Positions 11,151 to 22,200 of a stretch of 64,000 nt of DNA are shown here, in pieces. The notes under the pieces were generated by a model. It saw only the letters and a list, made by a program, of their open reading frames with translations, ran no database searches and was not told where the DNA came from. Source of the DNA: Sulfolobales archaeon HS-7 (GTDB taxonomy: Archaea > Thermoproteota > Thermoprotei_A > Sulfolobales > Sulfolobaceae); the NCBI GenBank assembly GCA_019704295.1, contig AP024596.1:1056001-1120000 (forward strand), in the 5' to 3' direction. Every line of letters begins with the position of its first letter. Position 1 is the stretch's first letter. The translations under genes and the position numbers were made by a program.

Positions 11151-11537
11151 AGCAGTATTCTCTGAACGGTAACTTAAATCGGTATACCCTTGTACGTAAT
11201 CGGTAAATTATACAATAAGTACAACGTTTTCAAAGTATTTACCAGCCTTTTTCTCTGTTAACAACTGCTGCAGGCAGTTTATGAAAGTCGTATACTAAGT
11301 AATAAGTGTTTTAAAACTTAGGAAGTCTGCAAAGGAGTTTAATTTCTCGTAATTCTTTCGTACTATCGTCCTGGCTATGTACCAAGGAGTAGATTATCCG
11401 CGTATATTAAAATTTAGTTAATAAAGTAAGTAACGTCTATTCAACATTGGACACTATCTCGTGGGAATTTCTCAAAAATAGGAGGACTTTGTACAACGTA
11501 GTTAACTTATATCTAACGATGCAGAAAATAATATGAA

Positions 11538-12440
11538 GTGAAAATGTCGAGACCCCTTAGAAGATGGGATATTCTATTTGCTCAAATGCTATCAAGAATG
11601 ATGAGAAATCCGCGGACTAAATTTGATGAGAGAGAGTTTGTAAAAGGCGGAGAAACTTACCTTCTTAATTACGTTAGTAAAAATGCCGGTTCAATTGATG
11701 AGAATAGGAGAAACTTTCTGAAGGGATTAGTTATAGGTGTTGGTGCGGCTACAGTAGCGGGCTTTATACCAGGTCTTTCCTCGTTAATTCCCCCAAATGT
11801 TGGCTTAACATCATTCCCCAAAATAATACTCTTAGCCTCGAATGGTAAGCCAATTACTGCCTCCTCAATACCAGTTAACGAACCTATAATAACCGTATTT
11901 CTCTACCCTCTTCAGAATGAACCTAATTTCCTCGTAAACCTAGGAGATGAAAATAATAATCCTGTAGAAATTAAGCCTACGACAGTTACTGTTCCAGCAA
12001 ACGGTCAAAAGTATAAATTTCCAGGAGGAGTAGGTCCTTACAATTCGATTGTAGCCTATAGTGCAATATGTCAACATTTGGGATGCCAGCCTCCAGAAAT
12101 CCACTTCTATCCTCCGCAATATATGAAGTTAGGCATGGCACCGCCCTCTTCTTTAACTTCACAGGCATTACAGGCGGCTACGTCAGCTAATGCCCCAGGC
12201 GTTATTCATTGCGATTGTCACGGCTCCACTTACGATCCGTATCACGGGGCTTCCGTTTTAACAGGACCGACAGTGAGGCCTTTGCCGTTCGTATTGTTAG
12301 AATGGGATGAGAAGACGGATTACCTTTACGCGATAGGGGAAGGCGGCGTACCTGTATATGGACATGTATCTGATCTAACGGGTGGTACACCTCTTTCTTA
12401 TGACTATACTACTGTCACGCAAGAGGTAAACCCATTCTGA
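11538..12440 (+). CDS. soxL: Rieske [2Fe-2S] protein SoxL
   Basis: Tat-like RRNFLKG followed by a TM. Rieske boxes CQHLGC and CDCHGS. Confidence 0.92.
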   Translation: MKMSRPLRRWDILFAQMLSRMMRNPRTKFDEREFVKGGETYLLNYVSKNAGSIDENRRNFLKGLVIGVGAATVAGFIPGLSSLIPPNVGLTSFPKIILLASNGKPITASSIPVNEPIITVFLYPLQNEPNFLVNLGDENNNPVEIKPTTVTVPANGQKYKFPGGVGPYNSIVAYSAICQHLGCQPPEIHFYPPQYMKLGMAPPSSLTSQALQAATSANAPGVIHCDCHGSTYDPYHGASVLTGPTVRPLPFVLLEWDEKTDYLYAIGEGGVPVYGHVSDLTGGTPLSYDYTTVTQEVNPF

Positions 12441-12449
12441 ATTCGAGGG

Positions 12450-14036
12450 GTGAGTAGTACGTCCTCATGGTTTAAGGAAAGGTTGGGCTTAGACGATCTC
12501 CCATTTTTTAGAACTCCAGATTACATGTATAACGTAAACTATTGGCTAGGTGCACTGGTGGCAGGCGCATTTATTTATGCGGTAATTAGTGGTTTATTTC
12601 TGCTACTGTACTATTACCCTAGCGATCCTTACGGTGAAACATGGTTTTTAATACTTCTGGTTCCCTATGGGTCGGTCGTACTCTTTAGCCATTTATATTC
12701 CTCTTATGCAATGATAATTCTTGCCTACATCCACATGTTTAGGAACTACTTTTCAGGAGCGTATAAGAAACCTAGGGAAATCCCCTGGGTAATTGGTGTT
12801 CTCATGCTTGTACTAACATTGGCTGCTTCCTTTGTTGGGTACTCCCTCATAGCTGACGTATTGGGCGTAGACGCAGTCGACGTAGGAAGGGGAATTTTAA
12901 ATCAACTTCCCGGAGGAGGAATATTCAATTCGTTATTTTTTGGGAACGGTACCTCTCTTGATCTCTACACAAGGCTTTTAGCATGGCACATAATTCTTGT
13001 TGCAGCCATTGGAATGCTCTTTGTGTTCCACTTCTTCTTAGCTGAGAAACATGGTATTATGCCAGCTAGAAGGGAAAAGCCTACAGTGCCTGCTGTGTAT
13101 TCCAAGGAAGAGGAGAGCAAATTCAATCCATGGTGGCCTAGGAATTTCGTTTACATGTTATCACTTCTTTTCATAACTTGGGGCTTCATAATAATGGTTC
13201 CAAATGCACTAGCAGAGATAAACGGCCTCCCGTTACTCGTAAATCCTCATCCAGCTCCGTCTCCCACATCGCCCATGGCATCAACGGTTCCTGCGTATCC
13301 ACCTTGGTTTTTCCTTTTCTTTTACAAGATAGCCGACTTCTTACAGCCTAATGGTCAACCGTATAGTCCGTTATTGGCTTTAATTATAGCTGTGGCAATA
13401 CCCTTAATCTACCTAATAGCACTTCCATTTATGGATAGAAGTAAGTACCTAACTCCCTGGAAAAGAAAACTATGGATATGGATAGGTATTCTCATGATAA
13501 CTTACCTAATAGAGACTTCGGTGTGGGGATATGAACAACCAGGTGTTCCTGAACCTTTCTTAGTACAAGCCGAACTGTATCTACCTCCCGCCATAATAGC
13601 TGGGGTTGCGTTATATCTCATTCGCCCTAGAGGCAGTTCAGCAGTAAAAAAAGCGTCATTAAGCCCCCTGAACGTTTTAGCGTTAACTGTGCTTGCATTA
13701 CTCTTGGTTGGAACACTTGGCGATTTCATCTCAGACCCAACAGTATTTGGATTAGGAATACTTATCCCATTGATCATGGCAACAGTCATAGGTTTTCGAA
13801 GCGTAAACGTAACTGAGCAGAGTAAGGTTAATCCACCTAAATTAAAGGTGAACAGGAAAATTGGAGAGGTACTCTTGTTAATCATCTTGATTTTATCAGT
13901 CCTTGTAGCATCTACGATGTGGACGTTACCGTCATTGGGACCTCTCTCAAATCTCTTCGGAGTAGAATTGGGTATACTTTTCATACTGCTTGGAGAGGCC
14001 CTATCGCTATATCATCACTTAGTTTTCGTCAAGTGA
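12450..14036 (+). CDS. soxN: Cytochrome b SoxN
   Basis: Heme His pairs (SHLY..IHMFR and WHII..FHFF), a YPPWFF PEWY-equivalent and extra C-terminal TMs. Follows the Rieske gene. Confidence 0.9.
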   Translation: MSSTSSWFKERLGLDDLPFFRTPDYMYNVNYWLGALVAGAFIYAVISGLFLLLYYYPSDPYGETWFLILLVPYGSVVLFSHLYSSYAMIILAYIHMFRNYFSGAYKKPREIPWVIGVLMLVLTLAASFVGYSLIADVLGVDAVDVGRGILNQLPGGGIFNSLFFGNGTSLDLYTRLLAWHIILVAAIGMLFVFHFFLAEKHGIMPARREKPTVPAVYSKEEESKFNPWWPRNFVYMLSLLFITWGFIIMVPNALAEINGLPLLVNPHPAPSPTSPMASTVPAYPPWFFLFFYKIADFLQPNGQPYSPLLALIIAVAIPLIYLIALPFMDRSKYLTPWKRKLWIWIGILMITYLIETSVWGYEQPGVPEPFLVQAELYLPPAIIAGVALYLIRPRGSSAVKKASLSPLNVLALTVLALLLVGTLGDFISDPTVFGLGILIPLIMATVIGFRSVNVTEQSKVNPPKLKVNRKIGEVLLLIILILSVLVASTMWTLPSLGPLSNLFGVELGILFILLGEALSLYHHLVFVK

Positions 14037-14086
14037 AACATTTTTGCCTTAGTTAAGCTTTTAGTTTTTATTTCCCTTAAATCGTC

Positions 14087-17000
14087 ATGAAAGGATATTA
14101 CACATACCCAGAGATACGGGGTAACACGCTACTTTTCGTTTCAGACGACGACTTGTGGAAAATGGATTTAACTGATATGAAACCTCAGAGGCTAACCTAT
14201 GATATTGGTGTAGTGACTAAGTCTAGAATATCCCCGGATGGTAGGAACGTCGCGTTTTTGGTTACTCAAATCGGTAATGGCTATGGCATAAACGAAGTCT
14301 TTGTCGTGTCAATTGATGGGGGAATTCCAAAGAGGTTAACCTACTTCGGAAGCAGGAGAACAGATCTTGTAGGATGGCTAGACAATGAGAGGGTAATCCT
14401 TACTTCCGACTATCTTACTCCTTTTCCTTCTAGAACCGATCTTTTTACAGTAAGCGTTTCAGGGGGAATGCCAGAGAGACTTCCCTATGGCCAAGCTACC
14501 GATTTGGTAATAGGTAACGGAATTACAGTTCTGAGTAGATATACTAATGACCTTCAATATTGGAAGCGGTATAAGGGGGGTACTAAGGGCGTTCTTTACA
14601 TAAGTCGAGACGGGAGAAATTTTCAAAAGTTCTTAGAGTTAAACGGAAATATAAATTCCCCAATGATAGTGGGAGATAGGCTGTACTTCATATCCGACTT
14701 TGAGGGCTTTGGTAATATATATTCGGTTGACTTCAATGGTAACGATATGAGGAAGCATACAAATTTGAACGACTATTACGCGAGAAATGCAAGGAGCGAT
14801 GGCAGAAGGATAGTATTTCAGTCGGGTGGACAGGTTTACTTGATGGTAGACGACAACATCCAGCTCCTTGATATCGATATACCTACTATAGGAAAGAAGC
14901 GAATGCCCAAATTCGTTGATGTGAAGATAGGCGATATCGGAATTAATGGCGATGTCTCTATGATAGGAATTACATCTAGGGGGAAACCATTTATAATGAG
15001 ACCTTGGGATGGTCCAGTCTTTCAACTTGGGGAGAAGAATGGGGTGCGGTATAAGTTCGTCGAGATAAGCGGCAGAAGAGTGGTTACTGTTTCAGATGAA
15101 ACGGGAGAAGAGAGAGTGGAGATACATGAGCTACCCGATGATGGAAAGAGAAGAGTCGATGTCGACTTTGGAAGGATAGAGAATATGAGAATGTCTCCTG
15201 ATGGGAAATATTTGCTTCTCTCAAATCACAAGTTTGAGATATGGCTTCTCAACTTAGACGATCTGAGTTACAGAATGATAGATAAGAGCGAGTATGGGAT
15301 AATTTGGGACATTGCATGGCATCCTAAGTCTTACATGTTCGCTTACACTTTTAGGGAAGACAACTTCGCAATGTCAATAAAGATGGGAAACGTTGATGGT
15401 AAAACGTGGAGAGTAACAACGCCGACATCCATAGATTATTCCCCGAGCTTCGATAAATCTGGAAAATACCTATATTTCCTGTCAAGGAGGCATTTAGATC
15501 CAGTATACGATAGGATTATATTTAACCTGAGCTTTCCGTTAGCTTCTAAGCCCTATATGGCTATTCTCGGTAAGGGATACTCCCCGTTTGATGGTTCACC
15601 GGATGAGGAGTTTATAGAAGATCCCGAAGGAGTTTTAGAGAGGATAGTTCCAATGCCTATTGACGAGTCAAATTACGTCAAGGTAGTGGGCGGTAATAAC
15701 AAAGTGTTTCTCCTCTCATTCCCCGTTGAAGGCAGTATGAGGGGATGGTATTCACAATCCCCTGATAAACCCACGGGCGTAATTGAGGTATTCGACGTTC
15801 AGACGAGAACGAAAGAAGTTTTCCTCCAAGGAGTTTCGGACCTCAGAATGAGCCATGACGGTAATAAACTTGTGGTCAAGCAGGGGGAGCAGTTGAGGAT
15901 TGTAGAGACCAGCAAGAAGCCTGACGTTACGACAAGCGAGCCAGGTCCTAAGACTGGGTTCATCGACTTAAAGAGGGTGAAGGTCTACGTCGAGCCAGAG
16001 AGAGAATGGTCCCAAATGTTAAGGGAAACGTGGAGGCTAATGAGGGATAATTACTGGGATGAGAAAATGAGGGGGATAAATTGGGAGGAAATTTACGAAA
16101 AGTACAGGAGGCTTCTGCCAAGAGTTAACACAAGATTCGAGTTATCTGACGTGATAAAGGAGATGATAGGAGAATTGGGTACATCACATACTTACGAGAT
16201 TCCTTTTGACTTTGATGTGGAGAAGCCTTACCCAATAGGTGGACTCGGCGCAGAGTTAAAGTTTGAGAGCGGTTGTTATAAGGTCGTTAAGTTATTTTAT
16301 GGTGATAAAGCAAATGAGGGAGAGAAATCTCCTCTAATGGCGCCTGGTGTTGAGGTAAAGGAAGGGGATTGCATAACAGCTATAGACGGTGTAGAGTTAA
16401 CTAAGGACGTAAATCCCCTTTCACTACTTATAAATAAGGCTGATCAGTTCGTCACTATGGACATTCTAAGCAGTGGAATAAAAAGAAAAGTTTACGTTAG
16501 GACTTTGAGAGATGAAAAGAGCCTAATGTACAGGTGGTGGGTGGAAAGCAATAGGAGGTACGTTTACGAGAAAACTAACGGGTTAGTTGGATACGTTCAT
16601 GTGCCTGATATGGGACCTAGAGGATATGCGGAATTCATGAGATTGTACCCTCAGGAAATACAGAGGAGGGGAATTATTATAGATGTAAGGTTTAATACTG
16701 GAGGCCACGTTTCCCCACTTCTAATAGAGAGATTGGCGTTAAAAAGAATTGGAGAAGATAGACCAAGAAGGGGAAAACCCGTACCCTATCCACAGTTAGC
16801 TCCACCCGAGGTATTAGTTGCCTTGACCAACGAAAACGCAGGTTCTGATGGGGATATATTCAGTTACTCATTTAAACGTCTCAAGTTAGGACCCCTCATA
16901 GGAAAGAGAACTTGGGGAGGAGTAATAGGTATTACAGGTCGTCATAGATTAGTTGATGGTACGATGGTTTCGCAGCCTGAGTTTGCGTTTTTCTTTGACG

Positions 17001-17158
17001 ACGTGGGATTAGGGGTGGAGAATTACGGAGTGGATCCAGATATAGAGGTAGATATATTGCCTCAAGATTACGCAGTGGGCAGAGATGTTCAGCTAGATAA
17101 GGCAATCGAAGTCGCAATGGAAAGACTAAAAGCTCAAACTAAGGTAGAACAGGTTTGA
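14087..17158 (+). CDS. tri: Tricorn protease (S41)
   Basis: 1023 aa with beta-propeller repeats, a PDZ-like region, ELGTSH, AGSDGD and RTWGG. Confidence 0.95.
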   Translation: MKGYYTYPEIRGNTLLFVSDDDLWKMDLTDMKPQRLTYDIGVVTKSRISPDGRNVAFLVTQIGNGYGINEVFVVSIDGGIPKRLTYFGSRRTDLVGWLDNERVILTSDYLTPFPSRTDLFTVSVSGGMPERLPYGQATDLVIGNGITVLSRYTNDLQYWKRYKGGTKGVLYISRDGRNFQKFLELNGNINSPMIVGDRLYFISDFEGFGNIYSVDFNGNDMRKHTNLNDYYARNARSDGRRIVFQSGGQVYLMVDDNIQLLDIDIPTIGKKRMPKFVDVKIGDIGINGDVSMIGITSRGKPFIMRPWDGPVFQLGEKNGVRYKFVEISGRRVVTVSDETGEERVEIHELPDDGKRRVDVDFGRIENMRMSPDGKYLLLSNHKFEIWLLNLDDLSYRMIDKSEYGIIWDIAWHPKSYMFAYTFREDNFAMSIKMGNVDGKTWRVTTPTSIDYSPSFDKSGKYLYFLSRRHLDPVYDRIIFNLSFPLASKPYMAILGKGYSPFDGSPDEEFIEDPEGVLERIVPMPIDESNYVKVVGGNNKVFLLSFPVEGSMRGWYSQSPDKPTGVIEVFDVQTRTKEVFLQGVSDLRMSHDGNKLVVKQGEQLRIVETSKKPDVTTSEPGPKTGFIDLKRVKVYVEPEREWSQMLRETWRLMRDNYWDEKMRGINWEEIYEKYRRLLPRVNTRFELSDVIKEMIGELGTSHTYEIPFDFDVEKPYPIGGLGAELKFESGCYKVVKLFYGDKANEGEKSPLMAPGVEVKEGDCITAIDGVELTKDVNPLSLLINKADQFVTMDILSSGIKRKVYVRTLRDEKSLMYRWWVESNRRYVYEKTNGLVGYVHVPDMGPRGYAEFMRLYPQEIQRRGIIIDVRFNTGGHVSPLLIERLALKRIGEDRPRRGKPVPYPQLAPPEVLVALTNENAGSDGDIFSYSFKRLKLGPLIGKRTWGGVIGITGRHRLVDGTMVSQPEFAFFFDDVGLGVENYGVDPDIEVDILPQDYAVGRDVQLDKAIEVAMERLKAQTKVEQV

Positions 17159-18903
17159 CTCCTGACGAGGCATACGATATAAGGATTGTAGGAGAGGTTG
17201 TACTGTGGCAAAAAGACACGTTCTTTACACAGACCTGGATAGAAAATAATCAATATAGGACGGCGATTTTTAAGAACGGCTCACAGTCTACGAGAGGTAA
17301 TGATACGTTAATTAAGGTGGCGAATGACGGGATTTACTTCGTAAGGAATCAGGATGGGATTTCCAAACTCATGTTCATGTCAGAATATGCCGAACCTGTC
17401 GAGTTACTAACCTTGGGTAAAATTGTAAAGTACGACTTTCATGCAGATGGCATTCTGATCATCGGGGAGGAGAAAAAAGACAATAGCGGCATATTTGAGA
17501 CAAAAAGGCATAAGTTCAAGTTCAATGGGAGGGGGCTACTAACAAGTACTCAGTCTCTTTTCCTATTCAACAAGGAAGGGCTAAGGAAAATAGTGTCGGG
17601 GGACTTCGATGTAACTGACTTAGCCACCAATGGAAAAAGGGTGGTAATATCTGCTACAATAGAGGATAACGACAGGAACTTGTCAAATCTCTATGATGTG
17701 GACCTAAATTCAGGTGAACTAAGGAAATTGACAAATGAGGTTGGGGATGTAATTGCTGTAGCCATGAACGAGAAAGGAGAAGTGGCTTACCTAGGACACA
17801 AAAACGGTTTAGCGCCTTGGTCGTCTAATAAACTGTTCTTGCTTGATCTTGGAAAGGAATTCATGTGTGGAAACAATTGTGGGTCTAAGGTGTTGTCAGA
17901 TTTATTCGACTCAGTTAAGGAGAAGATCATTTATAAGGGGGATACGATAATAGCGGCAGGGCAGACAGGAGGGGCAGTTCACCTCTATCAGATAGACGAT
18001 AAGGTAACCCAACTAACCAGCGGAAATATCGTTGTAAGGTCTTTTGATTACGACGGTAATTCCTTGGCGTACGTCTACTCTACACCAATAAAACCCACGT
18101 TATTAAAGTCCGGTTCCTGGGAATACGATCCTAATCCCGCCTTGCGGGCCATTTCACCCGAAGAGGTAATTGAAAACAAGGGTTGGATAATTAGAACTAA
18201 AAGGGAAAATCCGACAATTCTCTTCATACATGGTGGACCTCATATGGCTTACGGTTATTCCTATTTCATAGAATTTCAGTTTTTTGCGTTAAATGGATAT
18301 AATGTAGCTTATTATAATCCCCCAGGAAGTCAGGGATACGGAGAGGAATATGCTAAGGCATGTGTAGGTGATTGGGGTGGGAGTGATATGGAGGAGTTAT
18401 TGAACTTTCTAACTACTGTAAGGGAAAAATATGGTCTAACCGGTAAGGTAGGAGTCACTGGAGGCTCATACGGTGGATATATGACAAACTGGTTAATAAC
18501 TAAGGTTGATATCTTCTCTGCAGCAATAAGTGAAAGGGGAATATCTAACCTATTAAGCATGTGCGGTACAAGCGATATAGGATTTTGGTTTAACGCAGTT
18601 GAGGCGGGTGTAGAGGATCCGTGGTCAACTGAGGGTATTGCAAAGCTCATGAAATTATCTCCAATAACTTACGTAAGGAATGTAAAGACCCCACTTCTTC
18701 TTATTCATGGAGAGAACGATTACAGATGTCCAATAGAACAGGCAGAACAGTTTTATCAGGGTTTAGTGGATCAGGTTGACGTAAAGCTTGTCATATATAA
18801 TGAGGAAGATCACGAACACGCAAGGCGCGGTAAACCAATTAACATGAAGGATAGACTATCCAAAAAGCTGGATTGGTTTGATGAACATTTAAAAAAGAAC
18901 TAG
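17155..18903 (+). CDS. S9 family acylaminoacyl peptidase
   Basis: IHGGPH, GGSYGG nucleophile, HGENDYRC and a His in EDHE. TTG start overlapping the tricorn stop. Confidence 0.93.
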   Translation: MTPDEAYDIRIVGEVVLWQKDTFFTQTWIENNQYRTAIFKNGSQSTRGNDTLIKVANDGIYFVRNQDGISKLMFMSEYAEPVELLTLGKIVKYDFHADGILIIGEEKKDNSGIFETKRHKFKFNGRGLLTSTQSLFLFNKEGLRKIVSGDFDVTDLATNGKRVVISATIEDNDRNLSNLYDVDLNSGELRKLTNEVGDVIAVAMNEKGEVAYLGHKNGLAPWSSNKLFLLDLGKEFMCGNNCGSKVLSDLFDSVKEKIIYKGDTIIAAGQTGGAVHLYQIDDKVTQLTSGNIVVRSFDYDGNSLAYVYSTPIKPTLLKSGSWEYDPNPALRAISPEEVIENKGWIIRTKRENPTILFIHGGPHMAYGYSYFIEFQFFALNGYNVAYYNPPGSQGYGEEYAKACVGDWGGSDMEELLNFLTTVREKYGLTGKVGVTGGSYGGYMTNWLITKVDIFSAAISERGISNLLSMCGTSDIGFWFNAVEAGVEDPWSTEGIAKLMKLSPITYVRNVKTPLLLIHGENDYRCPIEQAEQFYQGLVDQVDVKLVIYNEEDHEHARRGKPINMKDRLSKKLDWFDEHLKKN

Positions 18904-19268
18904 GCAGTTGCCTTTTTCTCTGTTCTACGGGAGATACTCCCACGCAGTGTAATTGAGTCCTCCCTTACTAACTCAGTACCATCAGAGAAATATTTATTTA
19001 TATCTCTTATTATCTGTTTAATCTCCTCTTGTTTTTTCCTGAGCGTAACTATCTTTTCTAGTAACTCCTTGCCTTTATTAGTTATTACATAGGTATCATC
19101 TTTTTTAATAACAAGTCCTCCATCTATCAATCTGTTTAAGTATTTTTCAGTCAATTCGTATGATAAATTAGCCTTATTCATAATTGCAGTCTTCTTAGCC
19201 CCGTTCCTTACAACATTTAAGATATCCCAGAGAATGCTAATACTTGTTCTCTTTTTTCTATTTACCAT
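18900..19268 (-). CDS. Winged-helix transcriptional regulator
   Basis: KTAIMNKANLSY...YVITNKG archaeal wHTH pattern with a coiled-coil tail. Confidence 0.85.
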   Translation of the reverse strand: MVNRKKRTSISILWDILNVVRNGAKKTAIMNKANLSYELTEKYLNRLIDGGLVIKKDDTYVITNKGKELLEKIVTLRKKQEEIKQIIRDINKYFSDGTELVREDSITLRGSISRRTEKKATA

Positions 19269-19399
19269 TAATAGATATGTGGAGTTATCGAATATAAATC
19301 TATTGCATACAATTGTGGAAAGGCGGATTAAGAGAATTAGGAACGTTATTAACTGTAAGTTAATGGAGTGAAAATCGCTCCCAGAACTTACTAGGGATA

Positions 19400-20026
19400 T
19401 TAACCAAGGGACTCGATATCGATATGCTTACTTTGCGTCGAAATTCCCTTTTTACTAACGTTGGGGTTTGGGGCAAATTCCGATACAAAATAGTCGCTTT
19501 CGTATACAAAATCCTTGATCTTTCCTGAAACTTCGTACCAACTATTTCTAGGAGTTGTTCTATAGAGTCGTAATTTGAAATCCCTTGAAATTTCCTTAAG
19601 CGCAGTTAAACATACATCATATATTGGGCACTGCGAACACGGACCATTCCTCTTAATATCCACTCTATCAAGATATCCCGAATTAGAAATATATATTAGC
19701 TTATAAGATGGGATTTTCTCTCTATTAAAGGGTATCAATAGTTTTGCGATTATAGAGAAGTCCTTAGAAATTACCTGGTATTTTCTCAAATTTGAAAGTA
19801 AGTAATAGTAGTAACTCTTACTTATTTCAGTAATTTCGCTCCCTGTAAGTACATCAACGTATAAATCTGACATTAACTTATCGAATATATTTTCTTTAAT
19901 GAGTATTACTTTCCTATCCGTTAACGGCCTCTCTACCTTAATTCTCTTTACGGAGCATTTACTCTGTTTAGCTGAGTTAGAGCCATCCAGTGCTACTTGA
20001 TATGACATGTCTTGTACTCTACCCAA
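19400..20026 (-). CDS. Hypothetical protein with a CxxCxxxxxC motif
   Basis: Long ORF in AT-rich DNA containing PCSQCPIYDVC. The start codon is uncertain. Confidence 0.7.
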   Translation of the reverse strand: MGRVQDMSYQVALDGSNSAKQSKCSVKRIKVERPLTDRKVILIKENIFDKLMSDLYVDVLTGSEITEISKSYYYYLLSNLRKYQVISKDFSIIAKLLIPFNREKIPSYKLIYISNSGYLDRVDIKRNGPCSQCPIYDVCLTALKEISRDFKLRLYRTTPRNSWYEVSGKIKDFVYESDYFVSEFAPNPNVSKKGISTQSKHIDIESLG

Positions 20027-20309
20027 CTTCGATAATAATGATTGAATGTATTTAAGGTTAGATTATGAGAAGAATTAACACTATTATAGAGCACTAATAT
20101 AAATTTGTTAGCAAAAGTGGTATTAGTTATACTATTTATGATGTTTCTCCCTTGTTATATCTTGAAGAGTTGAGAAATTGCATAATTAAAGTTAAGACAT
20201 AATTAAGTATCTTATATATATTTTATAAAATTTTTTAGTAATGAGAATAGATTAGTAAGTGTCAATTTTTTTTAGAAGAGTTTTTAACTTTTTTTCTAAA
20301 TCATCACTC

Positions 20310-21299
20310 ATGAAGGTTCTGCTTTTTGAGAAATCCGGAATAGAGAACCTCAAGTATACTGATGTAAAGGATGAAGAACCTGAGACTCATCAAGTCAAAA
20401 TTAGGGTTCTCTCTGCAGGTGTTAATCCCATAGACTACTTCGTTGTAAACGGCATACCAGTCAGACCTCTCCCTCATATTCCTGGGGCAGAAATTTACGG
20501 AGAAGTTGAAAAAACAGGGGATAGCGTAAGGAACTTCAGTAGGGGGGATAAAGTTGTAGTTTACAACAGAGTGTTTGACGGAAGTTGCGATATGTGCCTA
20601 CAATCCAGTGAGAACTTATGTAGAAATGGCGGGATAATTAGCGTGATAACTAACGGAGGCTATTCTGAATTCTTTATAGTAGATGAGAAAAACCTAATTA
20701 AAGTTTCTGGAATATCGGAAGAAATTGCTGCTAGTCTGCCAGTGGCTGCGCTCACCGCTTATCATGGTTTGCGGACAGCAGGATTAAGAGCAGGAGAAAC
20801 TCTTGTAGTATTTGGTGCCTCAGGAAACACGGGACAGTTCGCTGTTCAGCTGGGGAAGATAATGGGAGCTCAGGTAATAGCAGTCTCTAAAAAGGGTTGG
20901 GTAAAGGAGTTAGGCGCTGACCTTGTTACCGACTTAAGCAATGTAAAGGATGTCGTCTCTAAGGTAACTGAGGGGAAGATGGCCGATGTGGTAGTCGATC
21001 CCCTGGGGGAGAAAACGTGGTTAAACAGTCTTGAGGTAGTAGGAGTTAAGGGAAGATGGGTGACTTTCGGTACATTAACTGGAAGTAATGTATCGGTTCA
21101 GTTAAATACGATTTACAGTAAGCACATTTCGCTGTTTGGAACAACTGGAGGTAATAGGAAAGAACTACAGGAGCTTACCTCACTTTCCAGGAAAATGAAG
21201 GTAAAAGTAGGAAAGGTCTTCTCGCTTGAGGAAGGAAAAGAGGCATTGAAATACCTAATGGCTGGAGATAGGGACGGAAGAGCAATAATTAAGGTCTAA
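20310..21299 (+). CDS. Medium-chain dehydrogenase/reductase (MDR)
   Basis: Start moved to the ATG at 20310 (MKVLLFEK). Structural Zn site D-C-C-C and GASGNTG. NPID and PGAE replace the catalytic Zn Cys/His, so it is quinone/enoyl-reductase-like. Confidence 0.88.
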   Translation: MKVLLFEKSGIENLKYTDVKDEEPETHQVKIRVLSAGVNPIDYFVVNGIPVRPLPHIPGAEIYGEVEKTGDSVRNFSRGDKVVVYNRVFDGSCDMCLQSSENLCRNGGIISVITNGGYSEFFIVDEKNLIKVSGISEEIAASLPVAALTAYHGLRTAGLRAGETLVVFGASGNTGQFAVQLGKIMGAQVIAVSKKGWVKELGADLVTDLSNVKDVVSKVTEGKMADVVVDPLGEKTWLNSLEVVGVKGRWVTFGTLTGSNVSVQLNTIYSKHISLFGTTGGNRKELQELTSLSRKMKVKVGKVFSLEEGKEALKYLMAGDRDGRAIIKV

Positions 21300-22200
21300 G
21301 GTTTCTACTTATTACGCTAGCTACCTCATAAATTAAGTTTGCTGCTAGCATAGCCGTTATTTCCGAGTGATCATATGGCGGACTAACTTCAACTACATCC
21401 ATGCCAACTATGTTAACCTCCAGCGATCTCAATAATTCCATTACTTCGAAACTGGTTAATCCCCCAACTTCAGGTGTTCCAGTGGCGGGGGCAAACGCTG
21501 GATCAACAACGTCTATGTCAAGGGATATGTAAACTGGTCCATTTAATTTCCTTAGTTCCTGGATAATTTTGTTGTAGTTATACTTTACATCTCTTATGTT
21601 GAATACGTGAACTCCCAGTTTCTTGGCATCCGAGAGGTCTTCCTTTGAAAACAGAGAACCTCGAATGCCTATCTGGTAGACATTATTAACCCTGTCCTCT
21701 TCTAAAGCCCTTCTTAACCACGTCCCGTGGGTATATTTCTTGCCTCCGAAATACGTATCCCAGAAATCGTAATGAGAGTCGAAGTGAATTAAATTGGCCT
21801 TTCCCTTTACTTTATGTAATGCCCTTAAAACTGGGAGAGTTATTGAATGATCTCCTCCAGCTATTAACGGTATCTTATTTACAAACTCCTGACTTAAGTG
21901 TTCCTCAATTCTTCTCATCGTATCCTCTATATATCCTGGTACGACATTGACGTCCCCATCATCACACATCATCAATTCATCGAAAGGTTCCGAGTCAACG
22001 AAAGGATTATAAGGTCTGAGTAGACGAGAACCATCCCTTATTGCCATTGGACCAAATCTTGCGCCTGGTCTGTAAACTACTCCATCATCAAACGGAATAC
22101 CTATGAAGGCAGCTTTTTCTTTTCCATTACACGTAGGTAACCTAGCGAAAGTAGATATTTGAGTAAATCTAGGAGATTCAAAAGCGTTTATCTGCCTCAT
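21289..22200 (-). CDS. speB: Agmatinase (ureohydrolase family)
   Basis: GARFGP, GGDHS, DSHYD, DIDVVDPAFAP and VEVSP motifs. Confidence 0.9.
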   Translation of the reverse strand: MRQINAFESPRFTQISTFARLPTCNGKEKAAFIGIPFDDGVVYRPGARFGPMAIRDGSRLLRPYNPFVDSEPFDELMMCDDGDVNVVPGYIEDTMRRIEEHLSQEFVNKIPLIAGGDHSITLPVLRALHKVKGKANLIHFDSHYDFWDTYFGGKKYTHGTWLRRALEEDRVNNVYQIGIRGSLFSKEDLSDAKKLGVHVFNIRDVKYNYNKIIQELRKLNGPVYISLDIDVVDPAFAPATGTPEVGGLTSFEVMELLRSLEVNIVGMDVVEVSPPYDHSEITAMLAANLIYEVASVISRNLRP

